From: Polyangiaceae bacterium
Lineage (GTDB): Bacteria > Myxococcota_A > Polyangia > Polyangiales > Polyangiaceae
DNA length: 64,000 nucleotides
Reading direction: 5' to 3'
NCBI GenBank assembly: GCA_965222375.1
Contig: CBDCTZ010000016.1
Coordinates: forward strand, 3,296,001 to 3,360,000
Shown here: one piece after another, positions 1 through 8,220 of the stretch
Numbering within the stretch: the first letter of the stretch is position 1
How the letters are laid out: the number at the start of each line of letters is the position of its first letter
Made by a program: the position numbers and the translations under genes
Notes under the pieces: model-generated
Told to the model about the DNA's origin: nothing
Databases searched by the model: none
The model's input: only the letters and a program-made list of their open reading frames with translations

Positions 1-1048
1 CGACGTCGAAGTACTTCCGCTTGGTCACGAGTTCGTCGTAGTAGAACTTCTCGAGGGTTGGGTCGCCGGTGATGTGATACAGGGTTCGGATTGCGCCCAG
101 GGCCATCAGCGCGTTGAAGCCGTTGATCGGGCTGCCCCAAACGACGCCCGGCGAGATCTCTTCCGCGCTGATGTCGTGGAAAGACGTGGGGCGCCCATCC
201 GCGTCCATCAGAACCAAATCCGCTGTTTGCGCTGCATTGACCAAGACCTTTTTCATTAGGGATTGGCCCAGGGCTTTCGCGTCGTCGATCAAGGGTGTGA
301 GGGCTGAAGCGGGAATGGACGGATCGGCGTGCGCGGCGTCGTACACCGCACCGAGCGCCATCACATAGCCGATGAACTGGTCCTTGCTCGTGTCGTCGAG
401 CCAGATCAAAAATGGCAGCTTGCCCGAGCCGTCCGCGCGCCAGGTCGGCACCTTCTTGGCGGGCTGGGGCTTGCCATTCGAGTCGAAGAGAGGAACCGCG
501 GGTTGCGGCGAGCCCGGAAGCGGTGGGTCGCCAGCAGCGGGCTGGTGCCGGTAAATCCCTCGAGCAAACACTCCGGGTACGCCGGTGACCTGCTGGTACC
601 AGTGCAGCCCCTGCATCGCCGCAAGCAGATGCGCGCGAGCTGCGTCCACCTCGGCCTTGGGTGCTCCGCTATCCCGCAGCACCACATAGCGAAAAGCATC
701 TCCCGCCGCCTGGACACCTCCGAACATCCCGAGATCGCCGTGCTCCCCGTAGGCGTCGACGACCTGGTACGGGTGCTTGCCGGTTTGAGCCTTGAAGTCC
801 GTCGAACTCGACGCCATGAAGGCATCGATCACCGCGCGGTCAGCGGGTTTGGATACGTATGCTTCCAATCCGAACCCCAGCGAAGGCGTCATGATGGCGT
901 GGATTTGGCGCTCGAAGCCGCTTGCCTTCTTCGCCAACCCAGCGTCATGACCCACCTCACCGGGGCCCGGGAGCAGAGCAGGCGCGGCGACGGCGCACGG
1001 AGAAACGAGTAGCGAAGCAGCGACGATGGTTCGGGCCAGGTTGCGCAT
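1..1048 (-). CDS. Secreted hypothetical protein, 3'-truncated by the window edge (possibly an alpha/alpha-barrel enzyme-like fold)
   Basis: Not in the ORF track because it runs off the left edge. Hand translation from ATG 1048 gives MRNLARTIVAASLLVSPCAVAAPALLPG...HWYQQVTGVPGVFARGIY...DDTSKDQFIGYVMALGAVYD..., with a signal peptide and GC3-rich codons. The fold guess is inference. Confidence 0.75.
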   Translation of the reverse strand, partial: MRNLARTIVAASLLVSPCAVAAPALLPGPGEVGHDAGLAKKASGFERQIHAIMTPSLGFGLEAYVSKPADRAVIDAFMASSSTDFKAQTGKHPYQVVDAYGEHGDLGMFGGVQAAGDAFRYVVLRDSGAPKAEVDAARAHLLAAMQGLHWYQQVTGVPGVFARGIYRHQPAAGDPPLPGSPQPAVPLFDSNGKPQPAKKVPTWRADGSGKLPFLIWLDDTSKDQFIGYVMALGAVYDAAHADPSIPASALTPLIDDAKALGQSLMKKVLVNAAQTADLVLMDADGRPTSFHDISAEEISPGVVWGSPINGFNALMALGAIRTLYHITGDPTLEKFYYDELVTKRKYFDV

Positions 1049-1152
1049 GGCCGCGAGCCTAGCAAAAGGCCCCCTGGGATCCAGCTGCGCCCTGGTCGTC
1101 TCTCTGCGGATGCTCGTTGACGGCGGCCGCTACGGGACGCACAGTGGGCGAT

Positions 1153-1890
1153 ATGCGCAGCGCCAATCCCGCCCTGAAGGAGTCCGTATTCAAGGGCCTT
1201 GATTCGCTTGCGGGCGACCCCAAGGTCATGACCCTGCAGGGCGCCGTCAACAAAACCGGCTTCCTGCTGCTCGTGCTCATAGCGACCGCGACCTTCACCT
1301 GGCAATTCGTGATGGCTGGCGGCGCCTACCAGCCCTTCCTGGTAGTTGGCGTTATCGGCGGGCTCATCTTCGCCCTGATCACGATCTTCAAGAAGACCTG
1401 GGCGCCCGTCACCAGCGTCATCTACGCGGCATTCGAAGGCTTGGTGCTCGGAGGGATCTCGGCGTTAGCCGAGAGCATGTATCCCGGCATCGCCTTTCAG
1501 GCTGTTGCCCTCACTTTCGGGACACTGGGCTGTCTGCTGGCCGCTTACACCACCCGTCTGATCAAACCCACCGAGAACTTCAAGTTGGGCATCGTCGCCG
1601 CCACCGGCGGGATCGCGATGCTGTACCTCGCTAGTTTCGCCCTCAGGCTCTTCGGCATCAATTTTCCGTACATTCACGAAAGCGGGCTGATCGGAATCGG
1701 CTTCAGCATGTTCGTCGTCGTGATCGCGGCGCTGAACTTGGTGCTCGACTTCGACTTCATCGAAACCGGCGCTGCCGAAAAGGCGCCGAAGTATATGGAG
1801 TGGTACGCGGCCTTCGGCCTGATGATGACCCTGATCTGGCTCTACATCGAGATCCTTCACCTACTGATGAAGCTGCAGCGCCGCGACTAG
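1153..1890 (+). CDS. Bax inhibitor-1/YccA family integral membrane protein
   Basis: MRSANPALK start, about 7 hydrophobic segments, motifs MTLQG.VNKT, LVLDFDFIE and EWYAAFGLMMTLIWLYIEIL. Confidence 0.9.
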   Translation: MRSANPALKESVFKGLDSLAGDPKVMTLQGAVNKTGFLLLVLIATATFTWQFVMAGGAYQPFLVVGVIGGLIFALITIFKKTWAPVTSVIYAAFEGLVLGGISALAESMYPGIAFQAVALTFGTLGCLLAAYTTRLIKPTENFKLGIVAATGGIAMLYLASFALRLFGINFPYIHESGLIGIGFSMFVVVIAALNLVLDFDFIETGAAEKAPKYMEWYAAFGLMMTLIWLYIEILHLLMKLQRRD

Positions 1891-2149
1891 AGTTGCCCCC
1901 GTTGCAGCGGCGCAACCCGCGGCCGGGCGGGACGTGCGCGTCGTAATACATAGATGGTTGGCAACCGCGATGCTTTGAGGCGCGATGGAGCGTCTGGGCG
2001 TTGCTGTAACGGTACCTCCGCAACCGAGTGGCCTTGTCTTGGGCAAGAGCGCTGGTGTGAGCAGCTAGGTGCCAATGAGCGCTGCACGCCCAAGGAGCGC
2101 ATCGACGCGGCTGTTGCGTGCTGCAGACAAATTCGCAATCATGTTGGTC

Positions 2150-2911
2150 ATGAGCAAACGGGAACTGTTGGAGTCGCTTGCTGTCACGATTGCGGTTGCA
2201 ATGCTGGCGCCGTCGGCGCTGGCATCGAGCGGGAGAATTGAAAACAAGTTTGCTGCACGCAGCCAAACCCTGCCGAAGTACACGCTACGCTTGGACGACG
2301 GACCTTACTGGCCTCTTCCGGCAGGTGTGATCGAGACGACGTTCCTCGAGGTCAACGACCAACGGGACACGGAAACGACTCTGAACTTCGGGGCAGGGTT
2401 TGGGCTAATCGAAAACCTCGAAGTTGGCGTGCACCTGGTCAAGTTCAACAGTTCCAAGCTGGCCGCGCCAAGCTTCTACGGGCAGTTTCGTTTTCTTCCA
2501 GAGAAGGCCGTTGAACTCAGCGCTTTTGCCGAGGTCACGCCGCGCTTCGGCGACGATCCGAGTTTCTTGCTCGGCATGCCGGTCTCGTTCCATCTTGGAG
2601 ACAGCGTTCGCCTGGACACCGGGCCGTTCATCTTGTTTCCACTCGAGACGAACATCGATACCGTGTTCATCGCACCGCTTCAGGTTCCAATCAACGTGAC
2701 CGACCAGGTGTTCTTGGGCCCGGAAGCTGGCCTGTTCTTGCCGGAGTTCAAGAACGAAATATTCCTGGCTGGATTCTTCGTCGGCTACACGATCCCCACA
2801 GCGAGCGGCGCCTTCGGCGACGTCGGCGGACGCTTCCGCCTGCCCAACCTCGACATCGGCTTCGACGTGTTCCAAATTATGGCGGAGCTTTCGATCTACT
2901 TCGACTTCTAG
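2150..2911 (+). CDS. Secreted, probable outer-membrane beta-barrel protein
   Basis: Signal-like N-terminus, alternating hydrophobic beta-strand pattern and C-terminal ...SIYFDF (terminal Phe beta-signal). The start could be 2141. Confidence 0.65.
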   Translation: MSKRELLESLAVTIAVAMLAPSALASSGRIENKFAARSQTLPKYTLRLDDGPYWPLPAGVIETTFLEVNDQRDTETTLNFGAGFGLIENLEVGVHLVKFNSSKLAAPSFYGQFRFLPEKAVELSAFAEVTPRFGDDPSFLLGMPVSFHLGDSVRLDTGPFILFPLETNIDTVFIAPLQVPINVTDQVFLGPEAGLFLPEFKNEIFLAGFFVGYTIPTASGAFGDVGGRFRLPNLDIGFDVFQIMAELSIYFDF

Positions 2912-2942
2912 CCGCCCGACGGCCCGCGACTGCGCGCCTCCG

Positions 2943-3971
2943 TCAAACCAGCATGCGCACGCCGTGACTCGGATCCCGGGTGCCGATCTCGAGCGCGGCA
3001 GAGCGCGTTGTCACTGTGAAGGGCGCGCGACCTGCGAGATCCAGGGTTAGGCGAGCTTCGGCAATCTTCGAATTGAGGCAGTGGGTCATCGCGCCGTCGG
3101 GGTTTTCGTAATACAAGCCGCCGAAATCGTCCGTGGCGGCGAATATTTCGCCCTCGACGCGGGCCTGGGGGCCCGTGGCGGTGAAACGCCAGCTGCGCGG
3201 TGTGATCTCACCGCGATTCTTGAGCAGGCTCTTGGGTGCATTGAGATCGAAACGCACGCCGCGGTGGCGCACACACAACAGCGTCAACGGTGGCGCAAGA
3301 ATCGGCCCGACTCGGACGCGTCCGGTCAAGCCCTCAACGACGAGCTCATCACTTTCGTGCCACTGGTTGCAGTGTGCCCAGGCGTATTTCTCAGCGTGCC
3401 CGCGCCCCCAGTTGTGTCCCTGCATGCCGCGCCAGGCGTCGACCTCCACACGCTTACCATCCACCAAATAGTGTCCCGAGAAGCGCGAGTCAGGGTGGGG
3501 TGTGACCAGCTTACTGCTTGGTAGCTTGGCCTCGTACATCTTCATGTACGGAAACGGCACGAGGGCAGGGGAGTCGGTCGTGAAGTTCAGATCCCACTCG
3601 ATGCGGTGGCCGTCGTGTTCGATGCTGCCGCGGGTGCGACCGTTGTCCATTTCGACGTCCGCGACGCGCACGGCGTACTTCTGCGCGGAGAAAGACGTTT
3701 CGTCGAAGGGTATCTCGTTCTTCACGCCGACCGCCGGGCTGCCGCGATCGAATGCGATGGCCCAGGCTTCGCCCATGGCTTCGTGGCCGTGTTTCTTCAG
3801 GATGGTCGCTTTGAGCCAGAGAGCACGTCCCTCGTCAGCGCTGTTGAGCTTGATGAAGTAGCTCTCCACATGGCCGCTCTGGCTGCCGTCGAAGCGCACG
3901 GCATTCCAATCCCGCATCACGGCGTATTGTTCGGATAGATCCGCAGCTTCGTTCATGGTGGTAGTTGCCAT
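2943..3971 (-). CDS. Tocopherol-cyclase-like / AttH-like beta-sandwich protein
   Basis: ESYFIK, IEWDL, and FSG...VDG...G.QGHNWGRGHAEKYAWAHCN motif. ATG overlaps the upstream stop (TAATG). Confidence 0.65.
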   Translation of the reverse strand: MATTTMNEAADLSEQYAVMRDWNAVRFDGSQSGHVESYFIKLNSADEGRALWLKATILKKHGHEAMGEAWAIAFDRGSPAVGVKNEIPFDETSFSAQKYAVRVADVEMDNGRTRGSIEHDGHRIEWDLNFTTDSPALVPFPYMKMYEAKLPSSKLVTPHPDSRFSGHYLVDGKRVEVDAWRGMQGHNWGRGHAEKYAWAHCNQWHESDELVVEGLTGRVRVGPILAPPLTLLCVRHRGVRFDLNAPKSLLKNRGEITPRSWRFTATGPQARVEGEIFAATDDFGGLYYENPDGAMTHCLNSKIAEARLTLDLAGRAPFTVTTRSAALEIGTRDPSHGVRMLV

Positions 3972-6460
3972 TAGGCCTCAACTTTCGTCAGCGCGAAACT
4001 CCTCAAAAACTGCACGATATCCGCGCTGAAATCGAAGTCCACGCTGGCGGCGCCAATTTCCTCTCCGGCGTCGTTCAGCAGACGCCCTGGCAAGCGGGTC
4101 ATCGAAAACAGCGGCGCTCGGATCTGAAAACGCTTGTGGCCGACAAAGCGATAGCTGCGTCCGTCGTCGCCCGTGAAGGACAGAGCGTAGGGCAACTTAC
4201 CCGTACGGATCAGGTCCATTCCCAATGTGCCTTCGGCAGGCTGAGCGGTTGCCAGGCCTTCGGCTGTGAGCTCCCCAGTGATGCGTACCTCTCGTCGAGC
4301 CGCAAACTCAGCAAGGCTGCGAGACTCTGCGCGGATCGTGAAAGACAGCTCGTGCACCGAATCGTCACTGCGGCGTGTCCAGGTTCCGCTCATGGTTTCC
4401 TCGAAAGCGAAACCAGCTTCTTGCTCCGGCAACTTCGCCGCGGTCTGCCTCTGTGGTCGATCCAGGCGCGCGTCGATGATCTCCCCACTGCGCAGCGCCA
4501 TCGCCATGATCGTCAGCTGCGGATTCACTCCGAGGCTCGACGGCACCGCGCTGCCGTCCACTACGTACAGCGCTTCCGTGTCGTGCACTTCATGGTCCGG
4601 CCCCAAACAACTCCGCGCCGGGTCGGTGCCAACGCGACAAGTCCCCAGGGGATGATACGCGCTGACCTCGAAGTCCCCGGGCGAAAGACGGCGCTGGCGC
4701 AAGCGCTCCACGTCCTCTTGGCAGTTGATGACCGCATCCCGATGCACGAAGGGCAGCACGCGCTTCGCGCCGGCTTTCAGGAATACCTCGGAGAGCAGCG
4801 CGATGCCTTTTTGCATGCGCTCCAAGTCGTGCCGGTTCAGATCGTAGCGAATAATGGGCAATCCCTTGGGGCCGGCGAATACCTCGCCCCGACCCGTGTC
4901 CTGCACCAAGAGGCCGAAACTCGCCAGGTGTGAATAGTCCGCCATGAGCTGCATGAATTCATCGCCGACCCAGGGCACGCTGATCGCTGCAACATCCATG
5001 GGCACCGATGCGCCTTCACACAGGATCCCCTCATGATGCAGGCTGTCGATGGAGTAGCCCTGGGGAATGCCCCGAGACATGTCGATGACTTCATCGAAGA
5101 GCGCCAGCACCTTGGTGGCCGGGTGAATCGACAGGTTCTTCCCCAAGTAGCGATTGCCTCGAAGGACGCCACTGCGTTTCAAGAGCAGCGGCGTGAGCAA
5201 CGCGCCGCCCGCAACCACCACGCTCTCGGCTTTTACCTGCATGTGCCGCCCCGAACGAAGTCGCGCTTCGATGCCTCGTGCGTGGCCGCCCTTCACGACC
5301 ACCCGCTCCACTTGGGCAGCGGTCACAAGGTGAGCGCCATTGGATAGTGCGCCGGGCACGTAGCTCACATCCGTGCTGCGCTTGGCGCCAGTCGGGCAAC
5401 CGAAGCAACACACGCCCTGACCGTCGCAGTCCGGCGCGTTGCGCAACAGGGGCGCGTGCTTCAAGCCCAGAGCTTCCGCACCCCGTGCGATCACTCGCGC
5501 CGAGCCCCCCAAATAGCGGGGATCTGCCGGCGCCACCTGCAGCATGCTCTCGACCCGATCGTAGAACGGGTCCAACTCTTTGCGGCTGAGCATCGACAGG
5601 CCATAACGGCTGCCCCAGCGCGATAGCGTCCGTTCTGGCGCGCGGTAGCAAGTGCCAGAGTTGATTGTCGTGGTGCCGCCCACGGTGCGCCCGGCCCATA
5701 CGGGAGCCGCCACGTTGCCTAAGGCAACCGTGCCGCCCTTGCCCACGTACATTTGCGAATACGCCAAGGTGGGCCGCCCCGAGAACTCTGTGCGCTTGTG
5801 GTAGTCGCCCGCTTCGACCATCAACACGGCGCGACCGCGCCGCGCCAGCTCATAGGCCACTGCGGCGCCACCAGCCCCGGTGCCGATCACGACGACCTCA
5901 CACTCCAGCTCGAGGTCGTCTTCGACTTCCCGCCCGTTGATCACCCCCTGCATCCAGCGCTCGGTTTCGGTCGTGGTGGGTGTGTCCACCTTGCGCCGAC
6001 ACCCCACATGCTCGAACATGCTGTCGTCGTCGAAATGCGCTGCCTTGAGCGGTGTCAAGATCATGCGTAGCGCCCAACGAAGCTGCTTCGACGCGCTCTC
6101 GTTCCACCGCACGAGCATTCGCTGCCGCGTGTCGACGGAGAGATCCGAAAAGCGCTTGCGGCGTGTCGGAAGCGTTGCCGCGTCGATGACGCCGAGGGCG
6201 GCACGAACTCCGCGAGTCACGTCAGGCCCCAATCGATGCAGCATCTCTTCGAAGCGCACCATCGTTTCTCCCGAGCCCCCCGGCAATCCGTGCCCGCTTG
6301 GCATTGCCGCTTCCGCCAGTCGCAAAGCGATCCGAGCATGGCGCTCTCCCAAGTGCGCCCGCGGCGCCCTTGGCCGCACTTCCCCGACCGCCTCGACCCG
6401 ACTGACCTCGTCCGCCCCGAGCTCCTCGTCGCTCACCACCCTCAGCTGCGCCGTTTGCAT
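3971..6460 (-). CDS. GMC family FAD oxidoreductase with N-terminal gluconate-2-dehydrogenase-subunit-3-like and extra C-terminal domains
   Basis: VVVIGTGAGG Rossmann motif, GRTVGGTTTINSG, C..QGVCCFGCPTGAK, AYHPLGTCR and LYVVDGS..P...GVNPQLTIMA. Confidence 0.9.
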   Translation of the reverse strand: MQTAQLRVVSDEELGADEVSRVEAVGEVRPRAPRAHLGERHARIALRLAEAAMPSGHGLPGGSGETMVRFEEMLHRLGPDVTRGVRAALGVIDAATLPTRRKRFSDLSVDTRQRMLVRWNESASKQLRWALRMILTPLKAAHFDDDSMFEHVGCRRKVDTPTTTETERWMQGVINGREVEDDLELECEVVVIGTGAGGAAVAYELARRGRAVLMVEAGDYHKRTEFSGRPTLAYSQMYVGKGGTVALGNVAAPVWAGRTVGGTTTINSGTCYRAPERTLSRWGSRYGLSMLSRKELDPFYDRVESMLQVAPADPRYLGGSARVIARGAEALGLKHAPLLRNAPDCDGQGVCCFGCPTGAKRSTDVSYVPGALSNGAHLVTAAQVERVVVKGGHARGIEARLRSGRHMQVKAESVVVAGGALLTPLLLKRSGVLRGNRYLGKNLSIHPATKVLALFDEVIDMSRGIPQGYSIDSLHHEGILCEGASVPMDVAAISVPWVGDEFMQLMADYSHLASFGLLVQDTGRGEVFAGPKGLPIIRYDLNRHDLERMQKGIALLSEVFLKAGAKRVLPFVHRDAVINCQEDVERLRQRRLSPGDFEVSAYHPLGTCRVGTDPARSCLGPDHEVHDTEALYVVDGSAVPSSLGVNPQLTIMAMALRSGEIIDARLDRPQRQTAAKLPEQEAGFAFEETMSGTWTRRSDDSVHELSFTIRAESRSLAEFAARREVRITGELTAEGLATAQPAEGTLGMDLIRTGKLPYALSFTGDDGRSYRFVGHKRFQIRAPLFSMTRLPGRLLNDAGEEIGAASVDFDFSADIVQFLRSFALTKVEA

Positions 6461-6464
6461 GAAT

Positions 6465-6491
6465 ATTCTGTAAACGCAGAATCTACAGAAT
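6465..6491 (-). promoter_or_regulatory. AT-rich inverted repeats (operator-like) directly upstream of the GMC start codon
   Basis: ATTCTGTA (6465-6472) pairs with TACAGAAT (6484-6491). A nested ATTCTG/CAGAAT pair lies at 6465-6470 and 6477-6482. Confidence 0.4.
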
Positions 6492-6704
6492 GCAACAGTC
6501 GCCTAGTTTTTCGGGGAATTGCTCGACCTTCGCTCCCTAAGATGCCTCGTTGCAGGCCCGCCTCCGCCAGCCCGCCGGCAGTGGTTTTTTGGGGGGTGGG
6601 CCACCCAGCACGTCATCGACAGTTCTTCGAGGCCCGACCTCCGCCGCCGCACACACCTGATACCCCGCCACCGCACGACGCCTCGCTACCGCACGAACCC
6701 GCAC

Positions 6705-6878
6705 TGCATCGCACATGGAGCCCACGCAACACGCGGGTGGGCACGCTTGGTCGGTCTGCGGCGCACCGAGTTGCGCGAAAGCGCCACTGCCACGCGTACT
6801 GCCTCGTCGCAGGCGCTGCGCGGCACGTTGCATCGCACATGGAGCCCACCTAGCACGCGGGTGGGCACGCTTGGTCGG
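6705..6878. repeat. Two 50-bp direct repeats with an internal hairpin (REP-like)
   Basis: 6705-6754 and 6829-6878 are 46/50 identical. Each reads GGAG-CCCAC...GTGGGC. Confidence 0.8.
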
Positions 6879-6937
6879 GTGGGGGGGCTCGGGGTTGCGG
6901 AAAAAGTGCTGTCGGAGTTGCCGCGACGCCCTTGGTG

Positions 6938-8074
6938 CTATTTCAGGTTCGCGCAGCAGCGGAAGCCTTGGTCGTAGCGCACGTAGTAGGGGCCGTGGCC
7001 TCGGGTCTGAGGGCGACAGCGTTGGCGGGCGGGGCCCCAATGGCCGCCCTTCATGATCATCGGGTAGCCGCCACGACGCACGCTGCTGGTCCATTCGTCC
7101 ACGTTGCCGGTCATGTCCATGACGCCGTAAGGGCTCTTGCAACGCGGGGATTCGCCTGAGCGTTTGCCATGCCAGGCGAAATCGATGCCACGAGCGGTGC
7201 GTCGGATCGTGCGGGGGCTGAAGGTGTTCTTAGGTGCGCCGGCTTTCAGGATGTCGATGCGGCAGGCGCTCTTGTCGCGCTCGTAACCGTACGGATACGG
7301 CTTGCCCTCTTCGCCCTCGCAGGCCAGCGTCCATTCGCTTTCGGTGCAGATGCGCTTGTCCAGCTTTTCGCAGAAGCGCTTTGCTTCGGAGAAGGTCACC
7401 ACGACCAGCGGTGCCTCGCCGTAAGCGTTTGGGAACTCGTAGCGATCGATGCAAAAATCGAGGCGCTTGCGCGGCAGGTCTTTGGACAGCTCGAGCCATC
7501 TGGCGCGGTCGAAGCTGCTACACAGGGCGTACGTCCCGCGGCTTGCGGTCAGAAAGTGCGTGCAAGCTCGGTTTTGCAGCAGCTGAACCGCGTCGGTGGT
7601 CTCCCGGGAGCGGGCGTCTAGTAGCAGGCCGCCGGAAACGCGGAGCATGCCCGCTGGGCAGCCCTTCGCTTCGACCGCCGGCTCAGCTGGCAGTGGTGGC
7701 GATGACTCTGTGGCCGCCTGCCAACTCAGCCCCTCGACTTGTCGCCATGCGAAACGCTTCTCTCGATACGTCTGGGTGAACGAGAACCCCAGCGCGAGCA
7801 AGCGGGGGCGCTTTTCGACGGCAACCTTGGGCGCCGTCGGCGGCTGGACAGTTGCAGACACAGGCGGTGTGCCGGTCGATTCCGGTGCGGACTTGACGAG
7901 TGCAGGCGGTGCGCCGGTCGATTCCGGTGCGGATTTGACGAGTGCAGCCGAGCGCACCGCGGAGGGCGTGGGCTTGTCGGCGTTCCGGTCACACGCCCAA
8001 GCACAGGCGCAAAGCGCCAGCAGTGCGACCGCCGCTCTCGGGTTCACTATCACCTGTCTGAAAACGCAGCCCAC
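6938..8074 (-). CDS. Formylglycine-generating enzyme (SUMF1/FGE-sulfatase) domain lipoprotein
   Basis: CPAGM.., FCIDRYEFPN, KRICTESEW..AC, YPYG, SPYGVMDMTGNVDEW and QGFRCC. Lipobox-like CAWAC. Start is uncertain. Confidence 0.85.
   Translation of the reverse strand: MGCVFRQVIVNPRAAVALLALCACAWACDRNADKPTPSAVRSAALVKSAPESTGAPPALVKSAPESTGTPPVSATVQPPTAPKVAVEKRPRLLALGFSFTQTYREKRFAWRQVEGLSWQAATESSPPLPAEPAVEAKGCPAGMLRVSGGLLLDARSRETTDAVQLLQNRACTHFLTASRGTYALCSSFDRARWLELSKDLPRKRLDFCIDRYEFPNAYGEAPLVVVTFSEAKRFCEKLDKRICTESEWTLACEGEEGKPYPYGYERDKSACRIDILKAGAPKNTFSPRTIRRTARGIDFAWHGKRSGESPRCKSPYGVMDMTGNVDEWTSSVRRGGYPMIMKGGHWGPARQRCRPQTRGHGPYYVRYDQGFRCCANLK
7862..7945. repeat. 42-bp in-frame tandem duplication (ALVKSAPESTG[A/T]PP x2) in the FGE linker
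   Basis: Near-identical 42-nt units visible in both DNA and protein. Confidence 0.85.
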
Positions 8075-8220
8075 CTCGAGCCTACTCCCGAACGTACGCC
8101 AAAGCGTGACGCATGCACGCGGGTTGTGCGGTATGGAACTTCGCTCGCGAAGCGTTTACGGCCTCGGAGCTGTGACCTGCGGCCGTGGTTCGAGGTGTCT
8201 GACACCTGCTGGCAGCGTCG

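Noticed and set aside
1959..1974. Sigma54-like motif TGGCAACCGCGATGCT
   Set aside because: GG-N10-GC spacing is right, but the match is weak and far from the next credible start.
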